DNA of 64,000 bases from an uncultured Candidatus Saccharibacteria bacterium (GCA_964452875.1 CAYVNG010000002.1:1459-65458), one strand, 5' to 3'; shown: positions 55,501-63,414, counted from the first letter of the stretch. Notes: generated from the sequence alone by a model not told the origin. Numbers and translations are program-made.

Positions 55501-56289
55501 TCATGGTTGAAAAAGCTCTTCCGGGAGGAAGCGGACTGCCTCGACCCCGGAAAACTGCTTGGCAGTCAGCTCTATCTGGAACCAGAGCACGCCCACCCTG
55601 CAGGAACCACCTCCTGTCCTGTTGTTGGGATCGTCGAATTCAAGGGTCAAGACCCCGTCGGCTAAAGAAGCGCCTTGCAAGGAAAGCCCTTCCAAGGGAA
55701 ACTCGGTCGAGAATCCCGCGCTCTTCTCTTCGGCTGTCAGGTTTCCCTTGAGGAGAAGGTTGATCGTGTCCTGGATCGGCGTATTGGTGAAAGGGATATT
55801 TCTTTCCAGAGGCATCACTCCCTGCCTGCTGCAAAGGATATTCCCCTCCTGGTCTTCGTCTAGGCCGGAGTTGTAATAATAAAGGAGAACCTGCCTCATT
55901 TCTTCTTCCCTTAGGAAATTGATGCTGGATACATTCAAAAGACCGTCTTTTTCCAGCCCTTTGGCTTCGACTCTGTCTCCGGAAGCTATTTCTATTTCAG
56001 AGCACTCAAGCTCTTGTCCGTTCACAAAACAGGAAGTTCCCTCTCTAAAGGAGAGCTTGACGCTCAAAGCAGGAGAGCCCGGCTCTTCGTAAATCAAATA
56101 AGGAACTCCCGGCTCCAGCCCCGGGTTGTCCAAAACAAGATTGCCTGTTTCCGAAAAATTATCTTCCAAAGCTTCTGGCTCTCCTCCGAAAAGGAAATAA
56201 GCGGCCACTGCCCCGAAAAGAACCAGACTGATCGTTAATAAAATTGTTTTTTTCATGTTTTTGAAGATGGCTTTTTCGCCCTGTTTCAA
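55501..56289 (-). CDS. GerMN domain protein (membrane-anchored)
   Basis: 262 aa. N-terminal TM. C-terminal VLLYYYN...PIQDTINLLLKGNLTAEEKSAGFSTEFP...LTLEFD...IELTAKQFSGVEAVRF matches the GerMN pattern. Confidence 0.65.
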   Translation of the reverse strand: MKQGEKAIFKNMKKTILLTISLVLFGAVAAYFLFGGEPEALEDNFSETGNLVLDNPGLEPGVPYLIYEEPGSPALSVKLSFREGTSCFVNGQELECSEIEIASGDRVEAKGLEKDGLLNVSSINFLREEEMRQVLLYYYNSGLDEDQEGNILCSRQGVMPLERNIPFTNTPIQDTINLLLKGNLTAEEKSAGFSTEFPLEGLSLQGASLADGVLTLEFDDPNNRTGGGSCRVGVLWFQIELTAKQFSGVEAVRFLPEELFQP

Positions 56290-56733
56290 TCATTCTCTTA
56301 TCTTGGGCGAGTCGAGCCACAAGCCGGACACTTTCATCTCCCCTTTGATTTCTTCGAAAATTACTAGCACCGACACGTCTTCCTCGTTGCTGAAATCAGC
56401 TTTGTAATAGACGTACTGATAGAATCCTTCTTCTTCCTGCCTGTAAAATTCCTTCGAAACGTATTCTCCTACCTTGGCAATGACCATATCCCTGTTTTCC
56501 AGGAAAAGGCTGTTTGGTATGCTGCTTTTCATTGTCTCGCTGAATGTTTCTGAAAATTGCGAATAGTCCCCGTTGTTGAAAGATTGCAGTATTTTTTCTG
56601 CTACTGGATCTGCATATTCCCTGACCTTCGCTTGTTCGTCCGGCTCTGCAGTATTCTGGTTCAAAATCAAAAAAACAGCAGCGACGAAGGCGAGAGAGGA
56701 AAGGAGGATTAAGATTTTATTCTTTTTTTTCAT
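56290..56733 (-). CDS. Hypothetical exported protein (DUF3887-like, tentative)
   Basis: 147 aa. N-terminal TM/signal. The stop abuts the next gene's start. Confidence 0.45.
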   Translation of the reverse strand: MKKKNKILILLSSLAFVAAVFLILNQNTAEPDEQAKVREYADPVAEKILQSFNNGDYSQFSETFSETMKSSIPNSLFLENRDMVIAKVGEYVSKEFYRQEEEGFYQYVYYKADFSNEEDVSVLVIFEEIKGEMKVSGLWLDSPKIRE

Positions 56734-56809
56734 GGCTCTTTCTTATTCTAGCCCAAAAGAAGACAAAGGCAAATTGCCGCCCTTTTGATTGAACTTCTTA
56801 ACTTGGCTT

Positions 56810-56980
56810 TTATCCCTGCTTTTTCAGCACCGTGAACAAGGCGAACAGGAAAAAGCCGACTCCCAATCCGCCGAACATTCCGGCGGGAAGATTGTCGAAA
56901 ACGAACCCCAGCCCGAATCCCAGGAACAGTCCCGCTGGGATGAAGAGGCCGGCGCCGTTTTCCTTTTTTTGTTCTTCCAT
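56810..56980 (-). CDS. Small Gly-rich two-TM membrane protein
   Basis: MEEQKKENGAGLFIPAGLFLGFGLGFVFDNLPAGMFGGLGVGFFLFALFTVLKKQG. Start moved to the internal ATG at 56980. Confidence 0.45.
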   Translation of the reverse strand: MEEQKKENGAGLFIPAGLFLGFGLGFVFDNLPAGMFGGLGVGFFLFALFTVLKKQG

Positions 56981-56984
56981 GTCT

Positions 56985-57143
56985 TTATTTCTTAATAAAA
57001 GCAAAAATGATGTTTATTGAAGGAACGAGGAGCAGAAAGACGAAAAAAGGAAAGTTGTCGGTCTGGTACCTTGATAAGAAATAGGAAAGCGAAACTATCT
57101 GGGCCAAGCTCAATATCACTGCCGAAAATTTAAGGACTTTCAT
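56985..57143 (-). CDS. Possible 52-aa two-TM peptide
   Basis: Hand translation: MKVLKFSAVILSLAQIVSLSYFLSRYQTDNFPFFVFLLLVPSINIIFAFIKK, then TAA. Packed tightly between its neighbours. Confidence 0.35.
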   Translation of the reverse strand: MKVLKFSAVILSLAQIVSLSYFLSRYQTDNFPFFVFLLLVPSINIIFAFIKK

Positions 57144-57146
57144 ATA

Positions 57147-57899
57147 TTATATCTTGAACAGGTTCTTTATCCAGCCGAATATGCCGTTCGATTTTTTTTC
57201 GCTTTCCGCCAGCTGCTGCAGCCTTTCCTGCTCTTGCTTCATCTTCTGAATCTGCTCTTCCAATATGTTTTTGACTTCTTCACCGCATTGGCAGTTCTCC
57301 AGCAGCCGGGTCATTTCCTGGATCCTATCCTGGTTCTTGCCCACTTCCTGCTGTATTGCTCCGGCAGCTTCTTCCTCCCCTCCGAAGAAAAACCTTGAGA
57401 TCATGCTCCTCTGCTGGATCTTTTCTTCAGCCTTTACGGTAGCCTGGACTGAATTATTGAATTCCCTGGCGATCTGGGACACTTGAGGGCCTATGCCTTC
57501 GGCCAGATCTTCAGTGGCAAGCAGGGCATGGACGGCCTCCCTGACCACGTTCTGATTTTGATAGACTTTCTGCTGGATTTCTCCCATTCTCTCCATCTCC
57601 TGCTCCATTTCTCCTGCCTTCTGCTCTATGATTTCCTTAACCCCGTTTATCGTCTGAGCTTTCCTGATCTGCCCGAGTTCAAACAACTGGTTGCTGGTTT
57701 CCCCGAAAGCTGCATTTCCCTCCCCTGATTGGGACTGCTCACTTGTTTGAAGCTGCTGTTCTTGCCCTTGGTTCTGTACTTCTTGCTGAACCTGGGCTTG
57801 TAAGCCCTGGCCGGATACTTCGGCTTCAGAATCGGCTGCCGCAGGCAGGCAGAAAAGAAGCACAGCCATGACCGGAACGATCGCCTTTTTTATATTCAT
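57147..57899 (-). CDS. Secreted Gln/Glu-rich coiled-coil protein, unknown function
   Basis: 250 aa. Signal peptide MNIKKAIVPVMAVLLFCLPAAA. Long Q/E-rich helical region. Amphipathic C-terminus GIFGWIKNLFKI. Confidence 0.55.
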   Translation of the reverse strand: MNIKKAIVPVMAVLLFCLPAAADSEAEVSGQGLQAQVQQEVQNQGQEQQLQTSEQSQSGEGNAAFGETSNQLFELGQIRKAQTINGVKEIIEQKAGEMEQEMERMGEIQQKVYQNQNVVREAVHALLATEDLAEGIGPQVSQIAREFNNSVQATVKAEEKIQQRSMISRFFFGGEEEAAGAIQQEVGKNQDRIQEMTRLLENCQCGEEVKNILEEQIQKMKQEQERLQQLAESEKKSNGIFGWIKNLFKI

Positions 57900-57969
57900 A
57901 GATATTAATCAATCGCTTAGCGGTGTTTTAAATGACCTTTGTTATATTTTATCAAAAATTTCTGATCGT

Positions 57970-58407
57970 TCAATCTTGCGGGTTAAAAACGGCCTTGTCT
58001 CCAATTTTTATTCCAGCCTTGGCTGCAGCTCCGGATCCTATCTCCAATACGTACATGGCTTTTATGCCGGGATCGATGCTGAGGCATGGATCCTCTTTGC
58101 AAGGCTGAGCGCCTTCCTTCAAGAAAACGGCTTTCTTGTCCTTGTCCAGCCAGATTATATCCAAAGGAATCAGGGTGTTTTTCATCCAGAAAGGGTGGTA
58201 TCCCTCTTCCTCGAAAAGGAAAAGCATGCCGCTTTCGTCGGCTAAATTCTCCCTGAACATGAGCCCTTTGCTTCTTTCTTCCTGGGTCGAAGCCGTCTCG
58301 ACTGAAAAACAGCTGTCGCCAAAACAGACTTGGACTGGCAGAGAAGACCTGTTTTGCATAAGCATAATTGCCAAAAAAATAATAACAGCGACTGCGGCTT
58401 TCTTCAT
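57970..58407 (-). CDS. DUF192 domain protein
   Basis: 145 aa. RSKGLMFRENLADESGMLFLF...FWMKNTLIPLDIIWLD...YVLEI. Confidence 0.8.
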   Translation of the reverse strand: MKKAAVAVIIFLAIMLMQNRSSLPVQVCFGDSCFSVETASTQEERSKGLMFRENLADESGMLFLFEEEGYHPFWMKNTLIPLDIIWLDKDKKAVFLKEGAQPCKEDPCLSIDPGIKAMYVLEIGSGAAAKAGIKIGDKAVFNPQD

Positions 58408-58413
58408 GGCCTG

Positions 58414-59055
58414 CTAGGCGATTTTCTTCTCTTTCCTGTAAACGAGATAAGAATAGACAACGATGAAGATGGCCGCAAAAAAAACCGGGATGATCGAAAA
58501 AACCAAAGCGTTTTCCGGAAAAAACACCCCGAGGAAAACGATGGCTCCGCTTATTTTGAACAGCTTCCCTCCAAGCTTGTGGGTTTTTTCCCACACAAGG
58601 TCGCTGCTCAGGGTCCACGGCGTTCTTATCCCGACGAACCAGTTCTTTTTGGCGTTCTCGACCAGGATCCCGCAAAAGTAAAAAAGTATTCCTAAGCCCG
58701 GCACCATCATCCTTCCCATATTGAATTCGTATCCGAGATTCCAAAGAATCGAAAGGAGATGGATGTAAAGCAGGAAAACCACTGTCAGAACTATGAAACG
58801 GTCGAAATGCTTCCTGAATTTTTCTATGTTTTCCCTCAAGGGGTCTATCTTCGGGATGAGGATGAAAAGCAAGAGCATCCCTATTGCGGCCAGGGGCATC
58901 AAAAAAGCCCCCCAGAACTTCCCCATGTATCCGTCAACCTCGTTCTGGAAGTTCCAGTGCGAAGCCATCTGGCTTGGCAATTGCGGATAGAGGAAAACAC
59001 CAGCGACAAAGGAAGCGACAATGAAGAAAATCGCTACGATTATGGTTTTTTTCAT
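58414..59055 (-). CDS. SdpI/DUF1648 family membrane protein
   Basis: 213 aa. YPQLPSQMASHWNFQNEVDGY (DUF1648) followed by an SdpI-like multi-TM domain. Confidence 0.75.
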   Translation of the reverse strand: MKKTIIVAIFFIVASFVAGVFLYPQLPSQMASHWNFQNEVDGYMGKFWGAFLMPLAAIGMLLLFILIPKIDPLRENIEKFRKHFDRFIVLTVVFLLYIHLLSILWNLGYEFNMGRMMVPGLGILFYFCGILVENAKKNWFVGIRTPWTLSSDLVWEKTHKLGGKLFKISGAIVFLGVFFPENALVFSIIPVFFAAIFIVVYSYLVYRKEKKIA

Positions 59056-59060
59056 GTTGT

Positions 59061-59585
59061 TTAAAAACTTATGGGAATCCGCAATTCGTCGTCATTCTCC
59101 GGCAACCCGGAAGGATTGTCCTTCTGGAGCACAAGCGTCCCCTTTCCGGCTCCAGGATCGCTGAAAAGGAGTTCGGCTTCGAAGGGGACGAAGTCTTCGG
59201 TCATCCAGTCGTCCTTTGCCTGGGCGATGGCCTGGGCGATCACGTTCCCATCCTTGTCCAAAAGCTTGACCGGAAAACTGGCTTCAAAAAACCAGAATCC
59301 CCTTGCTGAACCTTCGAGCTTCAACGGGCTGGATACTGTTTGATTCGGCCTGGGGCTGGCGACCGTTATCAAGTCGATCTTTTCCAACTCGTTCCCTATG
59401 TCTTCGACGAAACTGATCCCGTCCGGCCCCTTGCACTGCCTGGGATAAGATTCCATCACCGGGTATCCTGCCTTGACGCACTCTTCAAAGCTGGTAACGG
59501 CTTTTTCTTCCCTGCTGCCCAAAAAGAAGGCGCAGGCTGCTGCGCAGACCAGAAAAAATACTAAGATTATTTTCTTCATGTTCAT
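59061..59585 (-). CDS. Exported protein with a small Cys module and a Gmad2 immunoglobulin-like domain
   Basis: 174 aa. Signal peptide. FEECVKAGYPVMESYPRQCKGPDG module. PLKLEGSARGFWFFEASFPVKLLDKDGNVI...LVLQKDNPSGLPEN matches Gmad2. Confidence 0.7.
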   Translation of the reverse strand: MNMKKIILVFFLVCAAACAFFLGSREEKAVTSFEECVKAGYPVMESYPRQCKGPDGISFVEDIGNELEKIDLITVASPRPNQTVSSPLKLEGSARGFWFFEASFPVKLLDKDGNVIAQAIAQAKDDWMTEDFVPFEAELLFSDPGAGKGTLVLQKDNPSGLPENDDELRIPISF

Positions 59586-60005
59586 TTATTCTTTAACACT
59601 TTCTCTTTTAATGATCCTCCAGTGGAAAAGGTACAAAGGCAGGCCGATGAGCATGAAAGCCAGATTATTCGAAGCTTCCCTGTGCCGCTGGGAAGCGAGA
59701 TAATCTATCTTTGCTTCTGCCTCCTGCCATTCTTCGTAATCTTCCAGCCACTGGGCCAGGGCCGCTTTCTCCTCCTCTTGCAGCCCTTCTTCTGCCTGAT
59801 ACTCTTCCACCTTGGATACAGAGACAGGGAAGGAGGAATAGTATCCGTATTCCTGCCTTATCCTTTCCGGTTCGTCAGCCCTGGTGAAGACGAAAGTCTT
59901 GAGCGCCATGTCAACGAACTTGACAGAACCTATGGTGAGCAGGACGAGGCCTATCAACGCGAAAAGGTAGAGGTAGACCGTCCTGATCAAAGAATGTTTT
60001 TCCAT
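59586..60005 (-). CDS. Hypothetical two-TM membrane protein with an acidic loop
   Basis: 139-aa ORF. The stop abuts the start of the downstream gene. Confidence 0.5.
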   Translation of the reverse strand: MEKHSLIRTVYLYLFALIGLVLLTIGSVKFVDMALKTFVFTRADEPERIRQEYGYYSSFPVSVSKVEEYQAEEGLQEEEKAALAQWLEDYEEWQEAEAKIDYLASQRHREASNNLAFMLIGLPLYLFHWRIIKRESVKE

Positions 60006-60100
60006 TTGTTCTTAAAAAAATTGCTTTTGTGACCTTTTAAGCTTGAATTTCTTTATTCCATTATACCAGGAAAACAGCGGAAAAACATCTTAACAAAGCA

Positions 60101-60124
60101 AAAACCGGCTTTTGGCCGGTTTTT
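60101..60124. terminator. Bidirectional-shaped intrinsic terminator after the RRM gene
   Basis: AAAACCGGC-TTTTG-GCCGGTTTT. Confidence 0.7.
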
Positions 60125-60142
60125 GCGTCTTGGATGCTCAGG

Positions 60143-60424
60143 TTATTCGTTCCTGAAACCGCCTCTCGGGCGGGGCTCCAAAGGACGAGCTTCGTTCACG
60201 GTGACTTTTCTTCCGTCAATCTCTTTGCCGTTGAACATCTCGGTCGCTTTTGCAGCCTCATCGTCGTTGGACATTTCGACGAAACCGAATCCTTTCGAGC
60301 GTCCGGAGAATTTGTCGGTGATGACCACCGCAGATTCAACCGATCCGGCTTCAGAAAAGATCTCCTTTAAGGTTGCGTCGGTGGTGTCGTAAGACAACCC
60401 TCCAACGAATAGTTTTTTTGCCAT
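60143..60424 (-). CDS. RRM-type RNA-binding protein
   Basis: 93 aa. RNP2 KLFVGGL, RNP1 KGFGFVEM. Short Arg/Gly C-terminal tail. Confidence 0.92.
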   Translation of the reverse strand: MAKKLFVGGLSYDTTDATLKEIFSEAGSVESAVVITDKFSGRSKGFGFVEMSNDDEAAKATEMFNGKEIDGRKVTVNEARPLEPRPRGGFRNE

Positions 60425-60429
60425 TGATG

Positions 60430-60507
60430 TTTCTTTACATAATTAGCGTTAGTAAGCCGACCTGTCTTTTTTTCTTTCTGATTAACATAAAAACTTATGT
60501 AAAGAAA
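60430..60507 (-). promoter_or_regulatory. Structured 5' UTR of the RRM gene (13-bp long-range helix covering the -18 to -6 region)
   Basis: 60430-60442 and 60495-60507 form a perfect 13-bp inverted repeat (RNA UUUCUUUACAUAA / UUAUGUAAAGAAA). A competing local hairpin ACAUAA-GUUU-UUAUGU lies at 60485-60500. Confidence 0.5.
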
Positions 60508-60532
60508 GAGAAACAAGAAACTTACTGCTAAC

Positions 60533-60560
60533 ATAATAAACCTTTCCTCAAAAAAGTCAA
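60533..60560 (-). promoter_or_regulatory. Sigma-70-type promoter for the RRM gene
   Basis: Minus strand reads TTGACT-(16 nt)-TATTAT. Implies a ~100-nt leader. Confidence 0.55.
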
Positions 60561-60564
60561 GCCC

Positions 60565-60774
60565 TTACAGGGAGAAAAGTTCTTTTACTTCAACTCCCAG
60601 CTCCTTGGCCAGACTCAAGGCCAGCCTCAGGGAAGGGTTGTACTTTCCCTGCTCCAAAAAAACTATCGTCTCCCTCCTCACTTTGACGAGGTCGGCAAGC
60701 TCCTCCTGGGTGAGGCCTTTTTTGTTCCTGAATTCCCTGAGGCTTGATTTAATCCTGGCCGCCTTTTCTGGCAT
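60565..60774 (-). CDS. XRE-family helix-turn-helix transcriptional regulator
   Basis: 69 aa. [39 protein letters not shown]. Confidence 0.88.
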   Translation of the reverse strand: MPEKAARIKSSLREFRNKKGLTQEELADLVKVRRETIVFLEQGKYNPSLRLALSLAKELGVEVKELFSL

Positions 60775-61135
60775 ATATTTTGAATAAAACTGAGTAAAAC
60801 AACGCTAAAAAACAGGCCGAATAGAGCAGGGTGTTGCCGATCGCCTTGAATTGGGAGCCTTCTTGGCCCAAAACGAAAAGGATTATGCCGGAGATCACGG
60901 CGATGAAAGAGTATACCATAATAGCCAGATAAGAGGCTTTTCCGGTTATATTGTAATCCCTTTCGTCAGCCACCACTCCCTCCACTTTTCTCCTCAAAGC
61001 CAACAGAATGGCAAAGCAGGCAGTGACAAGAATGACCGGCACCTGCCAATTTCCCATGCTTACGGAAGCTCCGACTACCGAGCCTACGGCAATGCCGGCT
61101 ATTATTTTACAAACAAAAAATTTTCTTTTGGTCAT
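60749..61135 (-). CDS. DUF2178-like four-TM membrane protein (usual partner of small XRE regulators)
   Basis: 128 aa, four hydrophobic helices. Overlaps the XRE gene start by 26 nt. Confidence 0.6.
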   Translation of the reverse strand: MTKRKFFVCKIIAGIAVGSVVGASVSMGNWQVPVILVTACFAILLALRRKVEGVVADERDYNITGKASYLAIMVYSFIAVISGIILFVLGQEGSQFKAIGNTLLYSACFLALFYSVLFKIYARKGGQD

Positions 61136-61166
61136 GTCGTTATGTTATTTTTTTCTAACTATCTTT

Positions 61167-61195
61167 ATGTTATATAAATCACACATCGTTGTCAA
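61167..61195 (-). promoter_or_regulatory. Putative promoter for the DUF2178-XRE pair
   Basis: Minus strand reads TTGACA-(17 nt)-TAACAT. Confidence 0.45.
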
Positions 61196-61209
61196 AGGGG
61201 GAATAAAAG

Positions 61210-61240
61210 GAGACCGCATGGTTTGAACCAAAACGGTCTC
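61210..61240 (-). terminator. Terminator hairpin after the 157-aa Cys-rich gene
   Basis: GAGACCG...CGGTCTC 7-bp stem with inner GGTT/AACC pairing. On the minus strand it is followed by CTTTTATTC. Confidence 0.55.
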
Positions 61241-61250
61241 TCAGTGGCAG

Positions 61251-61724
61251 CTAAGATCTCGCTGTCACTTCCCTTCCGATGAGGTTTCCGCAGATCTCGC
61301 AGTAGAAATTCGTCCCCTTGGATCCGGATAAAGCCGAATCGATGGTGTCGAATTTCTGCATGCCCACCTTGCTTGCGGTGGTCTTCACCCATCCGCACGA
61401 GCATCGATCTTCCCTGTCAGGCGGGCCAAAGAGACCGCTGTAGATGCCATGGCAGAAATAGGCGGATTCCTTGATGATTCTGCCGTCTCCCCTCTTGGAG
61501 GTTGCGACCGCTGACCTGAATCCTTCGCTTCCCTTAGGAAGCGGCACCTCGATGAAAGGGGCTCCGCTCTCAGACTTCAGATCTTCAAGCCTGGCGGCAA
61601 TGTCTCCCTGTTCCCTCAGCCTTTCTCTGATCGAAACGGCTCTCATCTCCATTCCCGCTCTGCCGATGATCTCGAATAGGCTGCTTCTTGGAACGACCAA
61701 TTCGGAATGAACATCTATTCTCAT
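61251..61724 (-). CDS. Hypothetical Cys-rich protein (157 aa)
   Basis: Start set at ATG 61724 (MRIDVHSEL), preceded by AAGGAGGTG. The track ORF runs further upstream to 61892. C-terminal CH...CSC...CEIC pattern. No family recognised. Confidence 0.55.
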   Translation of the reverse strand: MRIDVHSELVVPRSSLFEIIGRAGMEMRAVSIRERLREQGDIAARLEDLKSESGAPFIEVPLPKGSEGFRSAVATSKRGDGRIIKESAYFCHGIYSGLFGPPDREDRCSCGWVKTTASKVGMQKFDTIDSALSGSKGTNFYCEICGNLIGREVTARS

Positions 61725-61742
61725 AGTCACCTCCTTATGCAG

Positions 61743-61771
61743 AAGATAGAAGATCAGGGCGCTAAAGTCAA
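61743..61771 (-). promoter_or_regulatory. Putative promoter for the 157-aa gene
   Basis: Minus strand reads TTGACT-(17 nt)-TATCTT, just after the upstream terminator. Confidence 0.5.
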
Positions 61772-61781
61772 CCTCCATAAA

Positions 61782-61815
61782 AAAGGCTTTGAGCGAACGA
61801 ATCGCCAAAGCCTTT
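61782..61815 (-). terminator. Intrinsic terminator after the 140-aa gene
   Basis: AAAGGCTTTG...CAAAGCCTTT 10-bp stem with inner GCGA/TCGC pairing. On the minus strand it is followed by TTTTTAT. Confidence 0.7.
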
Positions 61816-61822
61816 CCCGCTC

Positions 61823-62245
61823 TTAGAAAAGCGGTGCGCTGTGCATTCTCATTTGCGAAACCGCTATCCGGCTTTCGCGCCCTTCCACCCACTTTCTGAC
61901 AAGAGGATCCTCTCTCTGCAGAAAATCGGCTTCAAGAGCGTCCTGGACCGCTTCCCAAAGCGCTCCGAAGATGCGAGGGGCCCTATGGATCCCGTGCTCC
62001 CTGAATACGGTCTGAATGCATCCCCAGTCTTTCTCGCATCCCGGGCACATCCTGTAATGAATGCATTTGACTCTCTTTTTGCCTTTCACCAGGCTGTCAT
62101 CCTCGAGCTTGACGGAATGCAGGTGCACTTTTCCCTTCTTGATTGTAGAACCGCATTCGCAGCATTCATGATCTTTCTTCGCTTTCCTCCATTCCGTTTC
62201 GGAATAAATCACCCATTTTTCCGGGCCGTATCTATCCCAATACAC
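61823..62245 (-). CDS. Hypothetical Cys-rich protein (140 aa)
   Basis: GTG start preceded by AAAGGAGG at 6-nt spacing. CCECG ... CPGC motifs. No family recognised. Confidence 0.55.
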   Translation of the reverse strand: MYWDRYGPEKWVIYSETEWRKAKKDHECCECGSTIKKGKVHLHSVKLEDDSLVKGKKRVKCIHYRMCPGCEKDWGCIQTVFREHGIHRAPRIFGALWEAVQDALEADFLQREDPLVRKWVEGRESRIAVSQMRMHSAPLF

Positions 62246-62295
62246 GGAGAGCCTCCTTTCTCTGTTTCCAGAGCCTATCTAATCTGTCTATATCC

Positions 62296-62324
62296 ATGCT
62301 ATTCTTGCCACCCAGGAAAATCAA
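62296..62324 (-). promoter_or_regulatory. Putative promoter for the 140-aa gene
   Basis: Minus strand reads TTGATT-(17 nt)-TAGCAT. Confidence 0.4.
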
Positions 62325-62331
62325 GACAGAT

Positions 62332-62357
62332 AAGGGCACTGGTTTCCCAGTGCCCTT
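62332..62357 (-). terminator. Strong hairpin after the 77-aa zinc-ribbon gene
   Basis: 11-bp perfect stem AAGGGCACTGG-TTTC-CCAGTGCCCTT (GAAA tetraloop on the minus strand). The downstream T-tract is interrupted (ATCTGTCTTGATTTT). Confidence 0.55.
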
Positions 62358-62363
62358 AAAGCG

Positions 62364-62597
62364 TCAGTCCTCGTGCGGTCCGACTTTTGCCTCTTGAAAG
62401 CGGGAAGCGGTGATGAATTCAACCGTTCTTGCGCATTTCTGGCAAAAAGTGAACCTTTCACCTTTGCCGTTCCTGCCCATCCGCAGCTTAGATTTGCAGT
62501 CAGGGCACTTCTTGACGCGCGCCAGACTCGTCATTCCTTCGTCGCCGAGATCTTCCAGGCCCAGCTTCTTAAAAGCGCGTTTCTGCAGGATGTTCAT
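62364..62597 (-). CDS. Hypothetical zinc-ribbon protein (77 aa)
   Basis: ATG preceded by AAGGAGGTG. CPDC-x16-CQKC. Confidence 0.6.
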   Translation of the reverse strand: MNILQKRAFKKLGLEDLGDEGMTSLARVKKCPDCKSKLRMGRNGKGERFTFCQKCARTVEFITASRFQEAKVGPHED

Positions 62598-62615
62598 GCT
62601 CCACCTCCTTTTGAG

Positions 62616-62644
62616 ATACTAGGATATTGCCATCGGCTTGTAAA
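62616..62644 (-). promoter_or_regulatory. Putative promoter for the 77-aa gene
   Basis: Minus strand reads TTTACA-(17 nt)-TAGTAT, starting 12 nt after the SDR stop. Confidence 0.45.
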
Positions 62645-62655
62645 CCAGGAAACTG

Positions 62656-63414
62656 TCAGCAAGCCAGCCAGCCGCCGTCAATCACAACGGTGGAACCCGT
62701 CATGTATGAAGCGTCGTCTGAGGCCAAGAACGCCACCAGGTTGGAGACCTCTTCTGGCTTTCCGAAACGCTTCATCGGAACCCTCATCAGGGTCGACTCG
62801 ATCGTTTTGGAATCATTCTTCAAAGGATCGACCATCGGAGTCTCAATTATTCCCGGAGAAACAGCGTTAACTCTGATGTTGTAAGGGGCAAGCTCCAAGG
62901 CCATGGCCTCGGTCATTGCCACTATCCCGCCTTTGGACGCGCAGTAATGGGTTAAGTTCTGGAAACCTACGCCCACCTGGCCCATTGCCACGGAAGCGAT
63001 ATTGACGATAGATCCCGACTTCTGCTTTACCATTTCCCTGGCTGCAGCCTGGGCGCACAGAAAATACCCTTTCAGGTTTACATCAATCGTCCTGGACCAG
63101 TCTTCCTCTTCCATTTCCAGGAACGGAAAGAACTGGGCGATGCCGGCGTTGTTCACGAGAATATCCAGCCTCCCCCATTTCTCAATTGCAGCCCTGACCA
63201 TCTGGTCGACTTCCTCTTTCTTGGTGACGTCGCATTTCACGGCCAAGGCTTCGCCTTTACCTTTTATGATCTCCTCTGCCACCTTTTCGCAATCTTCCTT
63301 TGAGATGTCAGCGACAACTACTTTGGCTCCGGCTTTTGATAAGGCCAAAGCGTGGGTTTTGCCCATTCCTCTTCTTGCCCCGGTGATTATCGCAACTTTT
63401 CCCTTTAAGTCCAT
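62656..63414 (-). CDS. Short-chain dehydrogenase/reductase (FabG-like)
   Basis: 252 aa. TGARRGMG cofactor motif, NNAG, catalytic YxxxK (YCASK). Confidence 0.88.
   Translation of the reverse strand: MDLKGKVAIITGARRGMGKTHALALSKAGAKVVVADISKEDCEKVAEEIIKGKGEALAVKCDVTKKEEVDQMVRAAIEKWGRLDILVNNAGIAQFFPFLEMEEEDWSRTIDVNLKGYFLCAQAAAREMVKQKSGSIVNIASVAMGQVGVGFQNLTHYCASKGGIVAMTEAMALELAPYNIRVNAVSPGIIETPMVDPLKNDSKTIESTLMRVPMKRFGKPEEVSNLVAFLASDDASYMTGSTVVIDGGWLAC

Noticed and set aside
57983-58744. A 253-aa minus-strand ORF spanning two genes.
   Set aside because: It is an alternative frame overlapping the DUF192 and SdpI-like genes. The translation is Arg/Gly-rich with no structure, whereas the two in-frame genes have recognisable family patterns.
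61136-62655. Interpretation of the three small-gene units as integron cassettes or a horizontally acquired island.
   Set aside because: The hairpins are perfect terminator-like stems without attC features (no RYYYAAC/GTTRRRY cores or extrahelical bases). There is no integrase, tRNA target or direct repeats. Spot counts of GC (about 58% here against 38-57% elsewhere) fall within the window's normal scatter. The cluster is reported as a finding, but its mobility is not supported.
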